Assembly (NCBI GenBank): GCA_965203295.1
Contig: CBDBCZ010000018.1
Coordinates: forward strand, 224,001 to 288,000
Length of the DNA: 64,000 nt
Origin: Nitrospirales bacterium
GTDB lineage: Bacteria > Nitrospirota > Nitrospiria > Nitrospirales > UBA8639
Direction: 5' to 3'
The notes beneath the pieces are model-generated. The model was not told where the DNA came from, made no database searches, and worked only from the letters and a program-made list of their open reading frames with translations. The translations under genes were made by a program, and so were the position numbers. Shown here in pieces: positions 39,476 to 52,462 of the stretch. Positions within the stretch are counted from its first letter, which is position 1. The number at the start of each line of letters is the position of its first letter.

Positions 39476-40274
39476 CAGTGGCGGATCTAGGAATTTGCAA
39501 AGGGGGGTTCCAATACAGGGCCGCTGGTCCGTTTCGACATCATAAGCGCGCAAAGCGCGCGCGGTAGGGGGGTCTGGGGGCATGCCCCCCAGGAATATTT
39601 AGCAATTTCAGGCCTTCTAGGATCACTTTTGGTGCAATTTTGGGGTGAAAGAGCAAGGATCAGACGACCTGCTGCAAAATGTAGCCATAGTACTTGCGAT
39701 ACACTCAAGACACTCGCAAAGTAATTGGGAGGCGTGGCTCCGTAATAAAACGTAAATGCCCAGAGCACATGCTTGCTACGTACAGGAAATTGGCTATGGA
39801 GTGTGCATAATAATTTAGAAATAGAAATTCCAAATATACTGAAGGTTTAATAGTCTGAAAGAAGGAAAGGCAGCTTCATTCTCCTTGGATGAAGTTATTA
39901 ATAAAAGACTAAACTAGTTCTTTCATATGAGTGCTGCAGCTTCTCACAGTGAATACGATTCTTCTTCAGCAGTGAAAGGCCACTAAGTCGATCAGCAGTT
40001 ATTGTTCACAACAAGAGCAGGCGCTAATCTTGATACGGGCAGGAAATTAGTCTAGACTATAAATTACATTCATAAACGGTGTACTTATTGCATATGCACG
40101 TCCTGTGCAGTCTGCCCTGTGGAGATTCGGTGTGGCTTCTGTGTACTTCAGCGTGTGCCATAGCAGACATGATTTCGTTTGCGCAGGAATTACCAAGTTC
40201 GCAGTAAAAACAAGGCGGATCTTCAAAAGAGGGGTTCCATGGAACCCATGGAACCCCCTCTAGATCCGCCACTG
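39476..40274. mobile_element. hAT-like MITE with 5-bp TSD
   Basis: 15-bp TIR cagtggcggatctag; GTGTG duplicated at 39471-39475 and 40275-40279. Confidence 0.85.
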
Positions 40275-40449
40275 GTGTGACATGTTGTGATTGTAGCTTG
40301 TGTTTCTTTGTAGAGGGGTGTCCAACGTACAAGAAAACAATCGGTCAAAGCAAAATGCAACACCAATTAAACGACAGAAGCTAGCACGATCACTGAAGCA
40401 AAGGGTGAGTAAATGTAATATGCTCAATCTATTTTAGGCACCATTTCAC

Positions 40450-42475
40450 ATTAGAGTACAGCTAATTAGTTTGCAGCAATTTCATTGGTCAATAAATTAC
40501 TTTAGTTACCTCTTAGGGGGGTAACTAAGTTGTAACTTAGTCACCTGCCTAGAATGAACAATATAGCTACATATAAGTGTTTTAGTTCTGAACACATTAT
40601 TATAACACATGTATAGCCACACTCTGGGTACAAGGAAATACAACTAATACTCTACTGATGACTGTTAAAGTTGATGTTCACGGTTCCGCATGAGCTGAGG
40701 TTGAAATTAAATGCATGTGCAGTCTTGGAGGAATATTGGAACGTGTCATTCACAGATCTTGACACTGACTGAGAAGTGCACACACTTGCTAACGATGGAG
40801 CCTGTAGACTGTGGTCATTTGCTGTCATATTACAGTCTAGGCATGGTTTCTTGCAGTTAAGAATGTCCGATAGAGCCATACGCTGTTCCTTTGAGGTCCG
40901 TTTGTAGCTTCGAATGCCTTCCAAACTACGATGTCCGGTACACTCCATTACCATCTGCTCATCAACTCCTGCACGATACAAGCGTGTTGCAGCAGTTGCT
41001 CGTAGGGAATGGTTCGTGTGATATCCTGAGATACCTGCTTGTTTGCACATCTCTGCAACACCATTTCGTAATTTGTTGTGCCCAAGTGGAGTGTGCGAAT
41101 ACCAGCAGCTATCTTTTGGGTTGGCTAGTGGTGACAGATAGAATGCATGATCTGGGCGGTTTGCTGGACAGAGAGAGCTGTAAAGCTTGAAAAGGCATAC
41201 AAAACACCTATCGGGACTATCTGGGTTGCCATGATGCTGCACAATTTTAGGTCTGATGTTGCGACTCTTCAAACCTCCTGGATGATTCTTTGAGTCATCT
41301 TCTGAATATTTGAGGTAAGGCCTCTCTCCTGAATTTTTAATCAGTTGAATTTGGCATGGTTTGTGTCGTAGTTAGCGATGTTCTGCACCGCTACGTAAGG
41401 CAAAGTAAACACCATTCATGAATATGATAGTGTTGATGAGTGCCTGTGGACAATGATCTCCTAGGACCTTGGCCTGCCATAATTTCTCTTCATCTACTTC
41501 AGTCAGAGGCTCGGCTTGTTTGGGCTTTGAACCCAGCCCTGTAGATTTGAGCCTCTTCATCTCAGCATCCAGTTTGCCGAAAGGTACTGAAGTCAGAATC
41601 TTTAAAGAAGTCAATGGAGGGCCTACCATTTTGACAAAGGTAGCGCATCAAACCACACACAATGTGGTAGAGGGAGTTGGGTGGGTACTCTGTGCCATCT
41701 TTTTTCCTTGCTTCTAGGACAAACCGACTAAACCAGTATTGCAGTTTCTCGAGACTTAGCTGAAGCAGTGGCTGTATAGTATCTTCTGCATTTGAGCTTT
41801 GATTTCGGTTAGAAGCCCAAGCATCCCACACTCGAACGCAATAGCCAGTGTTTTGTCTTGTTTTTTGGGGAACTGCATTTTGGCGCATCTTTATGACTTC
41901 TTCATCAGTCTTGGGTGTAGCAAAACGAGCATCGAGTTTCTCTTGTTTGCCCGAGTCTTGCTTCTCAAACTGCTGACTAGCCAGCATTAGCAACTTGTCA
42001 ACTTCATCCCTGAACTACTACTAGCAGCGGTGTCAGCTCCACCCCTCGTTGTTTCACTCGTATCTGCACGCTCACTGTCCGCTCCACCTCTCGTCTTTTC
42101 TGCAAGCTCACTGCCAGCTCCACCACTCACCGTCTCATCCCCAAACTCCGTACTGGTCGTGGATGACTCGTTTCAAAACCAGTCCGCGTACATTACTGGA
42201 CCAAGTAAGTCTTGAAGCGTTATTCCCGGGCTATCCATAGGAGAAAAACTGAAGCGTCGGCTATATACAACTGTTACAGTATACGCCGTTGTTACGTTAG
42301 AATGGGTTGCTATGCTGCTCTCTAAATCGGTTAGACGCCTCGACCAATGGGATCTACGCGATTTAGAAACCCTCGGGCCCTTAGTAGCGCCCTTGCTTTG
42401 CTCGGTATGCTACAGCCTCGGGCCTTAGGGTTTCTAAATCGCGTAGATCCCTTGGTCTCGGCGTCTAACCTATAT
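40450..42475 (-). mobile_element. second Crypton element; YR gene (~40652-42240) frameshifted
   Basis: EARKKDGTEYPP, FALRSGAEH, SKNHPGG, TNHSLRATAAT, CTGHRS...SY; long hairpin at 42329-42470 upstream of the ORF; outer boundaries approximate. Confidence 0.85.
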
Positions 42476-43474
42476 TTAGTATTTTTGCAGGCATATGAAA
42501 TGCGCCTCGGAAAAGAAACGAAATTCTGGGGTGACACTACCGCCGACATGATGTCGGAGGAAGAGTGAGTTGGAGATAAATACATTAGCCATCGTACAGA
42601 TCTGAGGAGCTAAACAGATTTATTAAGAAGCTAGATGAGCGTGCTAGGAGGAAGGGAAAATCGCATGCTCGATTTAGTTGTGAAGAGAGATCCCCAAGGA
42701 AACAACCCACTCCCGGGCACGGTAAGGTGTGGATGATCAAGCCAGATGATGAAGTTAGGGCAACGGATGATTGTGACCCCATTAATTCAGAAGTTGAACT
42801 CTTTAGTTTTGGAGAGGACACAGTATCTGAGCTTGAAAGTGATGACTAAAGCATAGTCAGTTAGTTATTGATGTCAGTGTTTCATTCCTGTATTGAATTT
42901 TGGTTATTCATTGATGACATAAGCAGGAAGTAATTTTTGCATGAATGGAATTCAATCTCTATAACAGTTTTAAGAAAGCTATAAACCAGTTATAAGCGTG
43001 TTATAGTTTTTTAAGATAAGCTGAAATTACACATAATAAGCACATGTTATAGTACCCCCTTATACTATATCTATAGCTTGTTGCCTGACGGCAGCCAGGT
43101 ACCGCACAGTGGTAATACTTCCTGTAACGTTCGAAGTTCGCTGGGGCTAAATAAAATGATGCAGTTAGAGACTAACCTTTTGATGCCATTGGAATGATTG
43201 ACATACCTGGCCTCACAGTGATTGTCGTCGCTATAATTTCTGTACAGTCGTGTTTTCGTATTAGCTGCAAGCTCTGCTTGCTAGACATTCACACACGCAA
43301 ACGCTATTAATTTTACAGATTCAATTTCCTGCCTGGGCTGCACGTGCAAATTATGGGCGGTTATGTTTACATAGGAAGTTTTACACGTGAGTAAACTGTT
43401 GTTGCAGTAAATTGATTCGTTATACTAGAGGCGCGGTTACCTTTAAGGGGGCGGTTATTTATCAGATTTTACGG

Positions 43475-44145
43475 TATGTCCCTCACATTCAAACTTCTCC
43501 CATAACTTGTACTATAGCCTCTGGCCTTTCCTTTCAGTTGAGGCAGTTTTGTGGTGGTTCTGGCTTATGTGCAGGGCAATTATCTCTGAGGGACATGTAG
43601 TGCTATGTTCCTTCAAAATATTATGTCCCTCACATTCAAACCTCTCCCATCACTTTGTAATAATTATAGTCTCTGGCCTTTTCTTTCAGTAGAGGCATTT
43701 ATGTGGTGGTTCTGGCTTATGTACGAGGCAATTATCTCTGAGGGACATGTAGTGCTATGTTCCTTCAAAATATTATGTCCTTCACATTCAAACCTCTCCC
43801 ATCACTTTGTAATAATTATAGTCTCTGGCCTTTTCTTTCAGTAGAGGCATTTATGTGGTGGTTCTGGCTTATGTACAAGGCAATTATCTCTGAGGGACAT
43901 GTAGCGCTATGTCCCTTCAAAATATTATGTCCCTTACATTCAAACCTCTCCCATAATTTATAGTCTCTGGCCTTTCCTTTCAGTTGAGGCAGTTATGTGG
44001 TAGTTCTGGCTTATGTACGAGGCAGTTATCTCTGAGGGACATGTAGCACTATGTCCCTTCAAAATATGTCCTTCAAAATTAAACCTCTCCCATAACTTTG
44101 TAATAGTATTATTGTCTCTGGCCTTTGCTTTCAGTTGAGGCGGTT
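43475..44145. repeat. ~150-bp tandem repeat, about 4.5 copies
   Basis: Units start tatgtcc at 43475, 43622, 43774, 43926 and 44065. Confidence 0.9.
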
Positions 44146-44189
44146 GTGCTAGCATTGTTGAACTTTGACGGGATTTAACAGCTGCTGCA

Positions 44190-44740
44190 AACTTAGTGGA
44201 AGGCATAAAGGTTTTTAGTATGTGTCCCACTATGAATAGTTTGTGCATTAAGTATGTGCCACATTGTGGCATAAAGTTTAGGAAAGGAACCCTGATGGGT
44301 TTTGACAGTTGCACTCAGGAGACAGTGACAAGTCTTTTAGTATGCTTCCCACCATTTGGGGTTTACAAGAGCCACATTGTGGCACATAACTTGGAGAAGT
44401 AACCTTGGTGGTGTTTGATGGCTGCAGCACACTTAGTGGAAGGGTGTCATATTATTAGGGGTGGTTCCCATCATGTAGAGTTTATGCATCATGCATGTGC
44501 CACATTGCGGCACAAAGCTTGGGGAAGAAACCTCAGTGGGGTTTCACAGCTACAGCAGTGGAAGGTACTAAGCCTGTAGGTATGTATCCAATCATGTGGG
44601 GTTCATGCACTATGCATGTGCCACAATTGTGGCACAAACCCGCATGAAGAACCCCAGTGGGGTGTGATGGCTGCACAGTAATTGGAGATGGATTGCCAAC
44701 CCGTTGATATAAGTTGGTTTAGTTGTGCCACAAAACCTCC
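44190..44740. repeat. diverged ~120-bp repeat with palindromic gtgccacattgtggcac core
   Basis: Core variants at ~44256, 44370, 44497, 44618 and 44725. Confidence 0.6.
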
Positions 44741-45479
44741 GAAGGCCCTGGTCGGTGGCGACCGTCCGCCACAAAAAGCCGACATTTGCCGCTTTTCGGA
44801 GGCACGTGCCACCTTTTGTGCCTCTCAGATCATGTGCCACACCACCAGAGCTTTTGCCAACATCTCGGGTTTGTATTTTTTGCTGCTATGTATGCCACTG
44901 AGCATGGCAAACTTACAATTTACCACTTAGTAGTGCCCTGCCACGGAGATCACATGCCACCCTCTCGGGTTTGTTTTCTTACTGCGACTTGTACTTCATG
45001 AAGTACCGTAAATTTTGGGATTTCATTACAAGATGGTAGTCTTCAGTTGTCTTGTTATATTGTTAGGGAATTTGAGACGGTAAATTTGTAACTTAGTTTT
45101 CCATTTTGTAATCACTTGTTTGAGAGGAGTTTGTATTTTTACTCTTCTGGTGTAGAAACAGATGGTTGTAAGTGTGGAAACGGATGGCCACCAAATACAA
45201 AGGTTAGTCGGTGAGTAGATTCTGATAATCAAAGGTGATATAAAAATGGTCAGTCTATGCAGGGTGGAAGTAAATAGTGGTGTTAGTTTGGGACTATGGG
45301 GAACATTCTTGAAAGACTCAGCTGACTCATCATCCACACCTCAACTTTATCAAACTGTAGTTTGATAAACCAAACAATTTGCGTAGTGCTCACTGAAGAC
45401 AATGTGATTAAAGTGAACATTGATTGAATAAAATAGTGATGTGTAAATCAGAAGGAATATGAAATTATGATTAGGTTAA

Positions 45480-45622
45480 CTCTTTACCGACCAATGACGC
45501 ATATATGCGTCATGAGCTCCCATAAGCCCATATGAATTTATATGGGGGGTTTAATACTAGGCGTTAATACTTTGTACAGGCTTTTCTGCTTCTTTAAGCC
45601 GTTTCTTATGGTTGGTAAAGGG
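45480..45622. mobile_element. 143-bp piggyBac-type MITE
   Basis: TTAA at 45476 and 45623; TIR ctctttaccgacca vs ccctttaccaacca (2 mismatches); subterminal palindrome atgacgcatatatgcgtcat. Confidence 0.75.
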
Positions 45623-45755
45623 TTAAACTGCATGAGCAGAAATAGGGTTACAAGATGTGGGAATGTGGGCTTATGGGTTAAGACTTGAAGACACATGCTT
45701 CCATAATAACAGTAGGTGGGTAGATATGGGGCTTAGTGTAAAAGTGTGTGTGTAC

Positions 45756-47500
45756 TTATTTCTTTATCTTGAATGTTACATCCTTGGGGGTGCGATAAAG
45801 TGGATGTTGTTTGAGAAATTTCTTGCATTCCGCTGTTGTTGGGGTCAGGTAGCTCTTCAGATTATCGCGGAAGTGCTTTTTAATTGCCGCTACTTCTTTC
45901 TCATCATATGGGTTCACTTTATGCGGAGATCTTTTGGCTGACTTCTTCGCTGGCTCTACACTCCCATCTGAACTCACGCAATTTTTGTCCAAAAGAAGCT
46001 TTCTTCGGATCTTGTGTGCCTCTGCTGCTCTCTTGGCAGTTCGAAGTTTCTCGTAGTGCTTAATGTGCACTGTCTTCGAGTGTGACATCTGCGCCGTTAC
46101 CCAGGTTGCATCATCGCACTGTAGAGCACTTTTAGTGGCCCCCAACTTTCGAAGCTGGGTGCAGGTTGGCGTCAATATTGTACTTGTTTCCCAGCCACAG
46201 AATTAATCGATTGAGGTGTGTGATGGGCTTACCATTCAGGCCCACAAACAGATAGTCAGTCCTTGGGCTGCACAAGGACGAATATACTGGTGCAGGAGAG
46301 TTTTGTCCTTTTTGGACAGGGTAATGCTGGCAGGGCCCTGCATGGCTGTTTTATGCTAGGCAACCAGCATCACCCAGCAGTTCTCACCGGTCTCCTCATC
46401 AATGTCTCTTGTCAAAGATTCATATTCATCCATGTTGGCATTGACAATGGCCCCTAGTCTCTGCCATGTCAGGTAAGCCAGCTTGGTTACTACTGCAGCC
46501 AGAGCCAGCTTTCTTTCTGATTTCCTAGGGTGACCAATGGCCGCCTTGGCCATCACATCGCTCACGTCCTCCCAGATCTCTTTGCTTGTGACGAAGGCCC
46601 TCGCCTCCTCTAAACTGCTGACATCCTCTTCCGTTGCCAGTTTCTGCTGGAGCGCTCTAGTGGGGCGAATAGTTGCCCTCCACTGCCTAAGACGCTCTTC
46701 CATCACATTGCACCTCTGTGCAAGGGAAGCATCTTCATTGCCAGCCACTCTCAGTCGTATGTACCTCAGTCCATGTGTGAAGCGATTTAGTTTTGTCAGT
46801 TGTCCAGACAACCCACAGGCTCCGCTGGTGGTCAACATGTCCAAGCACTTCTGAACCTTACTCCGGTCTAGCAGATCAACCCACATTGGTTCCTTGGAAC
46901 CGGGACGAGCGTATCTCAAAAACTTATTTAGGTCAGCTGTAATCTGTTTCACTTCTGACTCCTTTCGGCCACCGTCCAGGTCTCGCAGGAACTTGCGAAA
47001 CCTTTCGAGTTCAGGATGTTTCGAGTGAAATTGTGCAAAATGTCGAGTGCTACTCTGCTGAGGCTCGTCTACTGATGGTAGTCGTAGGGGCTCTGTTTCT
47101 TAAGAAGGGAGATGATGGTTGGGGTGCCCTGCGGTCGTGGTAGAGGTACTGCTGCCTTTCTAACAACTTTGGCATAACTGCACATGTCCGATCTTTGTGT
47201 GTTGTTGAGGTGGTGGTGCTTTTCTTTCAAATGAGTCGATAGCCGTGCCTGTGGCTCAGCCCTGCATCCGGCCACGGGGCACGATTTTCTATGGTGACGA
47301 TCTTTACTTCTTGACGTGCCTTTCCGTCCTGCTTTTGAGGTGTGTAAGGATTCTTTACCTTTGGGATCTCGTTGAAACATCAGAGTCCAAGTCGTCTGAG
47401 TCTTCAATGGTGGCCCTCTTGTGGCGACAGTTTGAGGTAGCCAAAACCGCCTCTGAGCTGGATCCAGATCCTTCTCCAGACCCACCAACAACATCAACAT
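45756..47500 (-). pseudogene. tyrosine-recombinase-like gene (copy 4), near full length, frameshifted
   Basis: N-terminal CPVAGC...RLSTHLKEKH zinc finger, KQITADLNKFL, WQRLGAIVNA, HKTAMQGPA, TCTQLRKLGAT, QMSHSKTVHIKHY, Myb-like tail. Confidence 0.75.
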
Positions 47501-48351
47501 CCGGGTCCAGTGGCTATAGTTTATGTACAGAATGTAAGATGACTAGTATTCAGTCTTTACCTAAAATGGATGTTTTGTACCTGCATTCATTACTGCAGGC
47601 GGTGGCGGCAGGTAGTCGAAGTTAGCTAGATAGGAATTCATGAAGTCAAATGGATTTCTCGGTCTTGTTCTAGACAAGTGTTTTTGCACGCAATGGAATC
47701 ATTCATTAAAATCATCCACCATGCTATGTTTAACACTTACTGGTGTTTGACTGTCACTGGAAATCGTATTAGCTTCAATACTTCAATAGCAATACTTCAC
47801 TAGCTTGAAATACAGTTACAACAGTGGTAGCACAAAGTATAAACGCACGACCGGTTTCGGCAGGATAGCTTTTGCTACGAGTGGCTTCTTCAGGTGCAAT
47901 ACTAGTGAAAAACTGCATGAATCAATCAGGATTGGGGTTCAGGGTAAAAACCGAATCTCCATCACCACTCCCAACACCAGGCCCTCCCACTTCAGGGGAC
48001 ATCACCCGAGGCATCCTGTCTGGTGGTGTTTCGCCGGTCGGGGTGGGGTCTTCGCGGTGGCGGATTCAGGTAGTAGGCGTCATCATCAGTACGGGCATCG
48101 TCTGGTCGTCGTCTCGGTAGTGGGCATCGTCTCCTGTACTGCTGTCGTCTCCATAGTCTGTCTCAATCTGGATTGGTAAAAGAAATTGTGTGGTGAATTG
48201 TAGAGTTCCTTAGTGTTGTTTTCATTGGTCGGCGTTGTCAGCGGCTAGCGCGTTGTAAATGAAATCACAGAGATAGGTTGCTCAAATTTTAATTTCAAGC
48301 TTTCGGCATATGGGAATAGCCTTCAGGGAATGGATAGTGTAAGATGTGGTT

Positions 48352-49512
48352 GTACTTATTTACTCTGTGAACAGAAAAAGCCAGCTGTCAGGGGTGTGTA
48401 GGAATGTCCTAGCCGGGATGAGATGATGCTGGAGGTGTGTAGGAATGTCCTTCCCGGGATGGGTGACATGAACCTGGGCCCAAGTTAGTTCCGTAGAACC
48501 CAACTTCAGATAACCAGGCAGGGGTGTTTGATACAAAGACCAAAAAGGGTGATGCTTGATGACTCGTAGGGGTGATTTACAATATAATTTTTAAGGGGGG
48601 ATTTACAATATAATATTAAGGGGGGATATAATAACTTAGTGATACCGAGAGTTCAGGCCATGTGGGAGGGTGGTGTTGAATAGTTGTATGAAGTGCCTTT
48701 CTCTGTCGTGTAGGTCTTCGGCCCGGCATTTCTGCAGTGGGATCACCCGGTGATCTTTCTTGAAATCGTGTCCTTATCTTTGGAAGTGGCGGTAGATGGG
48801 CCATTCACGGTGTTCCTTGGCAGCGGCCCTGTGGTGACGAAGTCGGAGACAAAGGGACTGTGAAGTTTGTCCTATATGTATTGTACTTATATACTCTGTG
48901 AACAGAAAAAGCCAGCTGTCAGGGGTGTGTAGGAATGTCCTAGCCGGGATGAGATGATGTTGGAGGTGTGTAGGAATGTCCTTCCAGGGATGGTTGACAT
49001 GAACCTGGGTCCAAGTTAGTTCCGTAGAACCCAACTTCAGACAACCAGGCAGGGGTGTTTGATAGAAAGACCAAAAAGGGTGATGCTTGATGACTCATAG
49101 GGGTGATTTACAATATAATATTAAGGGGGGATATAATAACTTAGTGATACCAAGAGTTCAGGCCATGTGGGAGGGTGGTGTTGAATAGTTGTATGAAGTG
49201 CCTTTCTCTGTTGTGTAGGTCATCGGCCCGGCATTTCTGCAGTGGGATCACCCGGTGATCTTTCTTGAAATCGTGTCCTTATCTTTGGAAGTGGCGGTAG
49301 ATGGGCCATTCACGGTGTTCCTTGGCAGCGGCCCTGTGGTGACGAAGTCGGAGACAAAGGGACTGTGAAGTTTGTCCTATATGTATTGTTTATCACATTT
49401 GTTACATTCAATGCAGTATATTAGGCATTGGCTTGTGCATGTCATGGGTTTTGGGATGCGGTATCTGACATTGATGCTATGGGAGGGTTAAGGTTAGGGA
49501 TAAGGTTAGGGC
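48352..49512 (-). mobile_element. Penelope-like 3' fragment: GIY-YIG remnant with tandemly duplicated ~520-bp 3' end (pseudo-LTR-like)
   Basis: MTCTSQCLIYCIECNKCDKQY/IGQTSQSL..RLRHH...RERHFIQLFNTTLPHGLN; 48352-48884 is nearly identical to 48882-49388. Confidence 0.85.
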
Positions 49513-49539
49513 AATATCGAGGTAATAAAGTATCTTAAT

Positions 49540-50378
49540 CTTGAAGTTGCTGCGGAAGAGGTTGCAGCAACAGCCCTCCGCTGCTTCAAGATGGTAGCTC
49601 GCAGTGGAAGGCTGCACTGCGCCCTGCCAAGCGCCTCCAGCAGGCCATCAAGCAGGACAGTGATGTATCTCGGACACTAAAGGAGGCCACTGCTCTACTG
49701 GATCGCAAAGACATCTGGCTAGATGTCACCACTGCCATGTCAAAGGGTCGGCACATTGAGAAGAAGGAAATGAAGTTGGTTGTGGCTGCCATACTGACGA
49801 AGCTTGCCTTTCATGGCAGCGGCCAGGAGCTACATTGGAAGAATTTTGGGAGGCCAGAAGAGAGACAGAAGGTGAAGAAGATGTGTACGTCATGCGGGTA
49901 GTTCGTCACAAAACAGCTCGGCAGGGTCCAGCTAACATTACAATGTTGAAACACGATTGGGAACTTGTCAAGAAGTATGTCAACAAGGTCCATCCACTCA
50001 CAGATCCATACGGTGAGTTCGACAGTCTGTTTCTGGACCAGGAGGACAAGCCAGTCAGAAACCTGTCTAGTCATATCAGGTGGCTTGGGCAAAAATATGA
50101 GATGAATCTGCCAACCTGTACTGAGCTAAGGAAGGTGGCTGCTACGGCAAGCATGGAGCTCCCTCCAGGGTAAGTGATATTAGTTCCGGCACAAATCTGT
50201 CACACGATGCCAGTGCACATAAAGTTCTATAAAAAAGCTCGCGGTGCTAAGCAAGCCGCGAAAGCCCACAAGCTGTGCGATGAACTTCGCAAAAGGGAAG
50301 CACACCTCTCACCAACTAGTGACCCTGAGGATGGATCCTTCTCAGAGAAGGCAGCAGGTATCCCAAAGCACACGAGAG
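49540..50378 (+). pseudogene. tyrosine-recombinase-like gene (copy 5), 5'-truncated
   Basis: WQRPGA, RHKTARQGPA, LPTCTELRKVAAT, QICHTMPVHIKFY; closest to copy 4. Confidence 0.75.
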
Positions 50379-50832
50379 TACCTTACTTTGCGATTTTGCC
50401 ATTTTGCGGCTATTTCAAGTTCTTTGCGATCTTTGTGATTGTGGCGGCAGCATTCCCATTCTCTGCCAATCTCGGCTGAAGTGGGTATGTACCGTACGCT
50501 TCTTGGCCTTCTGTTGGCTGGCTTGTTTCTCCAACGCACGCTTTACACTCTCGTTCACTTTGCGAGTTACCACCGCTCCGATTGCAGTGTCCTCCCGGCT
50601 GGGACTCATAGTAAAATACTGCAGAGTACTCATATTGAAATAGCTGCTGCTGTAGAAGCATGAACTGTCACTTTTCCTAGTCTCGTTCAGTGTTCGTTAA
50701 CCGCACCCACTAAAAACCACGCCCACAAATCATTGTTTAATGTTTTGCAATCTTATATTTGCGATGCTGTAACGACTTGCAAAATTCGCAAAAGTAAATA
50801 AAGTTCACGCAAAATATTGTAGCATTATGGTA
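50378..50832 (-). mobile_element. possible deleted pogo-like element (transposase N-terminus only)
   Basis: MSTLQYF...KAKKR..THFS...AENGNAAA resembles a Brinker-HTH N-terminus; tttgcg/cgcaaa subterminal motifs; termini poorly matched. Confidence 0.35.
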
Positions 50833-50962
50833 TAGCTTGCAGGAGCAAGCCTGAGTCAGCCACACACTAGAGAGATAATTAGCTTAACAATTATGGTTGA
50901 GCCTTGGTGTTGTACACACCAAAAGTAATTAATTTGACCATTAACTCCTTATGCAGACTGAT

Positions 50963-52270
50963 CACTGTCACTACTGTCTCCACTGTTACTACTGTCTCTA
51001 CTGTCACCAAAAGTAATTAATATGACCATTAACTGCTTATGCAGACTGATCGCTGTCACTACTGTCACTACTGTCACTACCGTCTCCACTGTCACTACCG
51101 TCTCCACTGTCACTACTGTCTCCACTGTCTCTACCGTCTCCACTGTCACTACCGTCTCCACGTCACTACTGTCTCCACTGTCACTACCGTCTCCACTGTC
51201 ACTACTGTCACTACTGTCACTACCGTCTCCACTGTCACTACAGTCTCCACTGTCACTACTGTCTCCACTGTCACTACCGTCTCCACTGTCACTACTGTCT
51301 CCACTGTCACTTCTGTCTCCACTGTCACTACTGTCTTTACTGTCACTACTGTCTCCAATGTCACTATACAGTCTCCTCTGTCACTTACTGCCTTTACTGT
51401 CACTACTGTCTCCACTGTCACCACTGTCTCCACTGTCACTACTGTCTCCACTGTCACTACTGTCTCCACTGTCACTGCTGTCTTTACTGTCACTACTGTC
51501 TCCACTGTCACTACTGTCACCACTGTCACTTCTGTCACTACCGTCTCCACTGTCACTACCGTCTCCACTGTCACTATTGTCTCCACTGTCTCTACCGTCT
51601 CCACTGTCACTACCGTCTCCACTGTCACTACCGTCTCCACTGTCACTACTGTCTCCACTATCACTACTGTCTCCACTGTTTCTACTGTCACTACTGTCTC
51701 CACTGTCTCTACCGTCTCCACTGTCACCACTGTCACTACTGTCTCCACTGTCACTACTGTCTCCGCTGTCACTTCTGTCTCCACTGTCACTACTGTCTCC
51801 GCTGTCACTACTGTCTCCACTGTCACTACCGTCTCCACTGTCACTACAGTCTCTACTATCACTACTGTCTCCACTGTCTCTACCGTCTCCACTGTCACTA
51901 CCGTCTCCACTGTCACTACCGTCTCCACTGTCACTACTGTCTCTACTGTCACTACGGTCTCCACTGTCACTACCGTCTCCATTGTCACTACTGTCTCTAC
52001 TGTCTCCTGTGTCATTACTGTCTCCACTGTCACTTCTGTCTCCACTGTCACTACTGTCTCCACTGTCACTACTGTCACTACTGTCTTTACTGTCACTACT
52101 GTCTCCACTGTCACTACCGTCTCCACTGTCACTGCTGTCTCCACTATCACTACTCTCTCCACTGTCACTACTGTCTCCACTGACACTACTGTCTCCTGTC
52201 ACTACTGTCTTCGCCACTACTTTCTTTGCTTGTCTCCATAGTCACACTGTCACTACTGTCATCACTATCA
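50963..52270 (+). repeat. left arm minisatellite, 9/18-bp units (actgtcact / actgtctcc)
   Basis: Direct observation; includes an internal second copy of part of the outer TIR at ~51006-51050. Confidence 0.95.
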
Positions 52271-52370
52271 CTATTGTCTGTACTGTCTGCACAGTCACAG
52301 CTCGTATCAATTATAGCGGTACGACATTATTGTATCAAGTTCCCATATTTTCTCCCCTTCCTCTCCTCTC

Positions 52371-52462
<92 letters not shown>

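Larger units (their letters stand above)
38780..42850 (+). pseudogene. multi-exon accessory gene divergent from the Tnp2 transposase, disrupted by a MITE and a Crypton
   Basis: Coiled-coil exon ending RKRVTPAQLQ|gt (39054), further AG/GT-bounded segments at ~39223, ~39366, ~40315 and ~42491 (TADMMSEEE...LNRFIKKLDERA). Confidence 0.45.

Noticed and set aside
45391..45440. Hammerhead-like cugaaga with flanking stems
   Set aside because: No GAAA core after stem II
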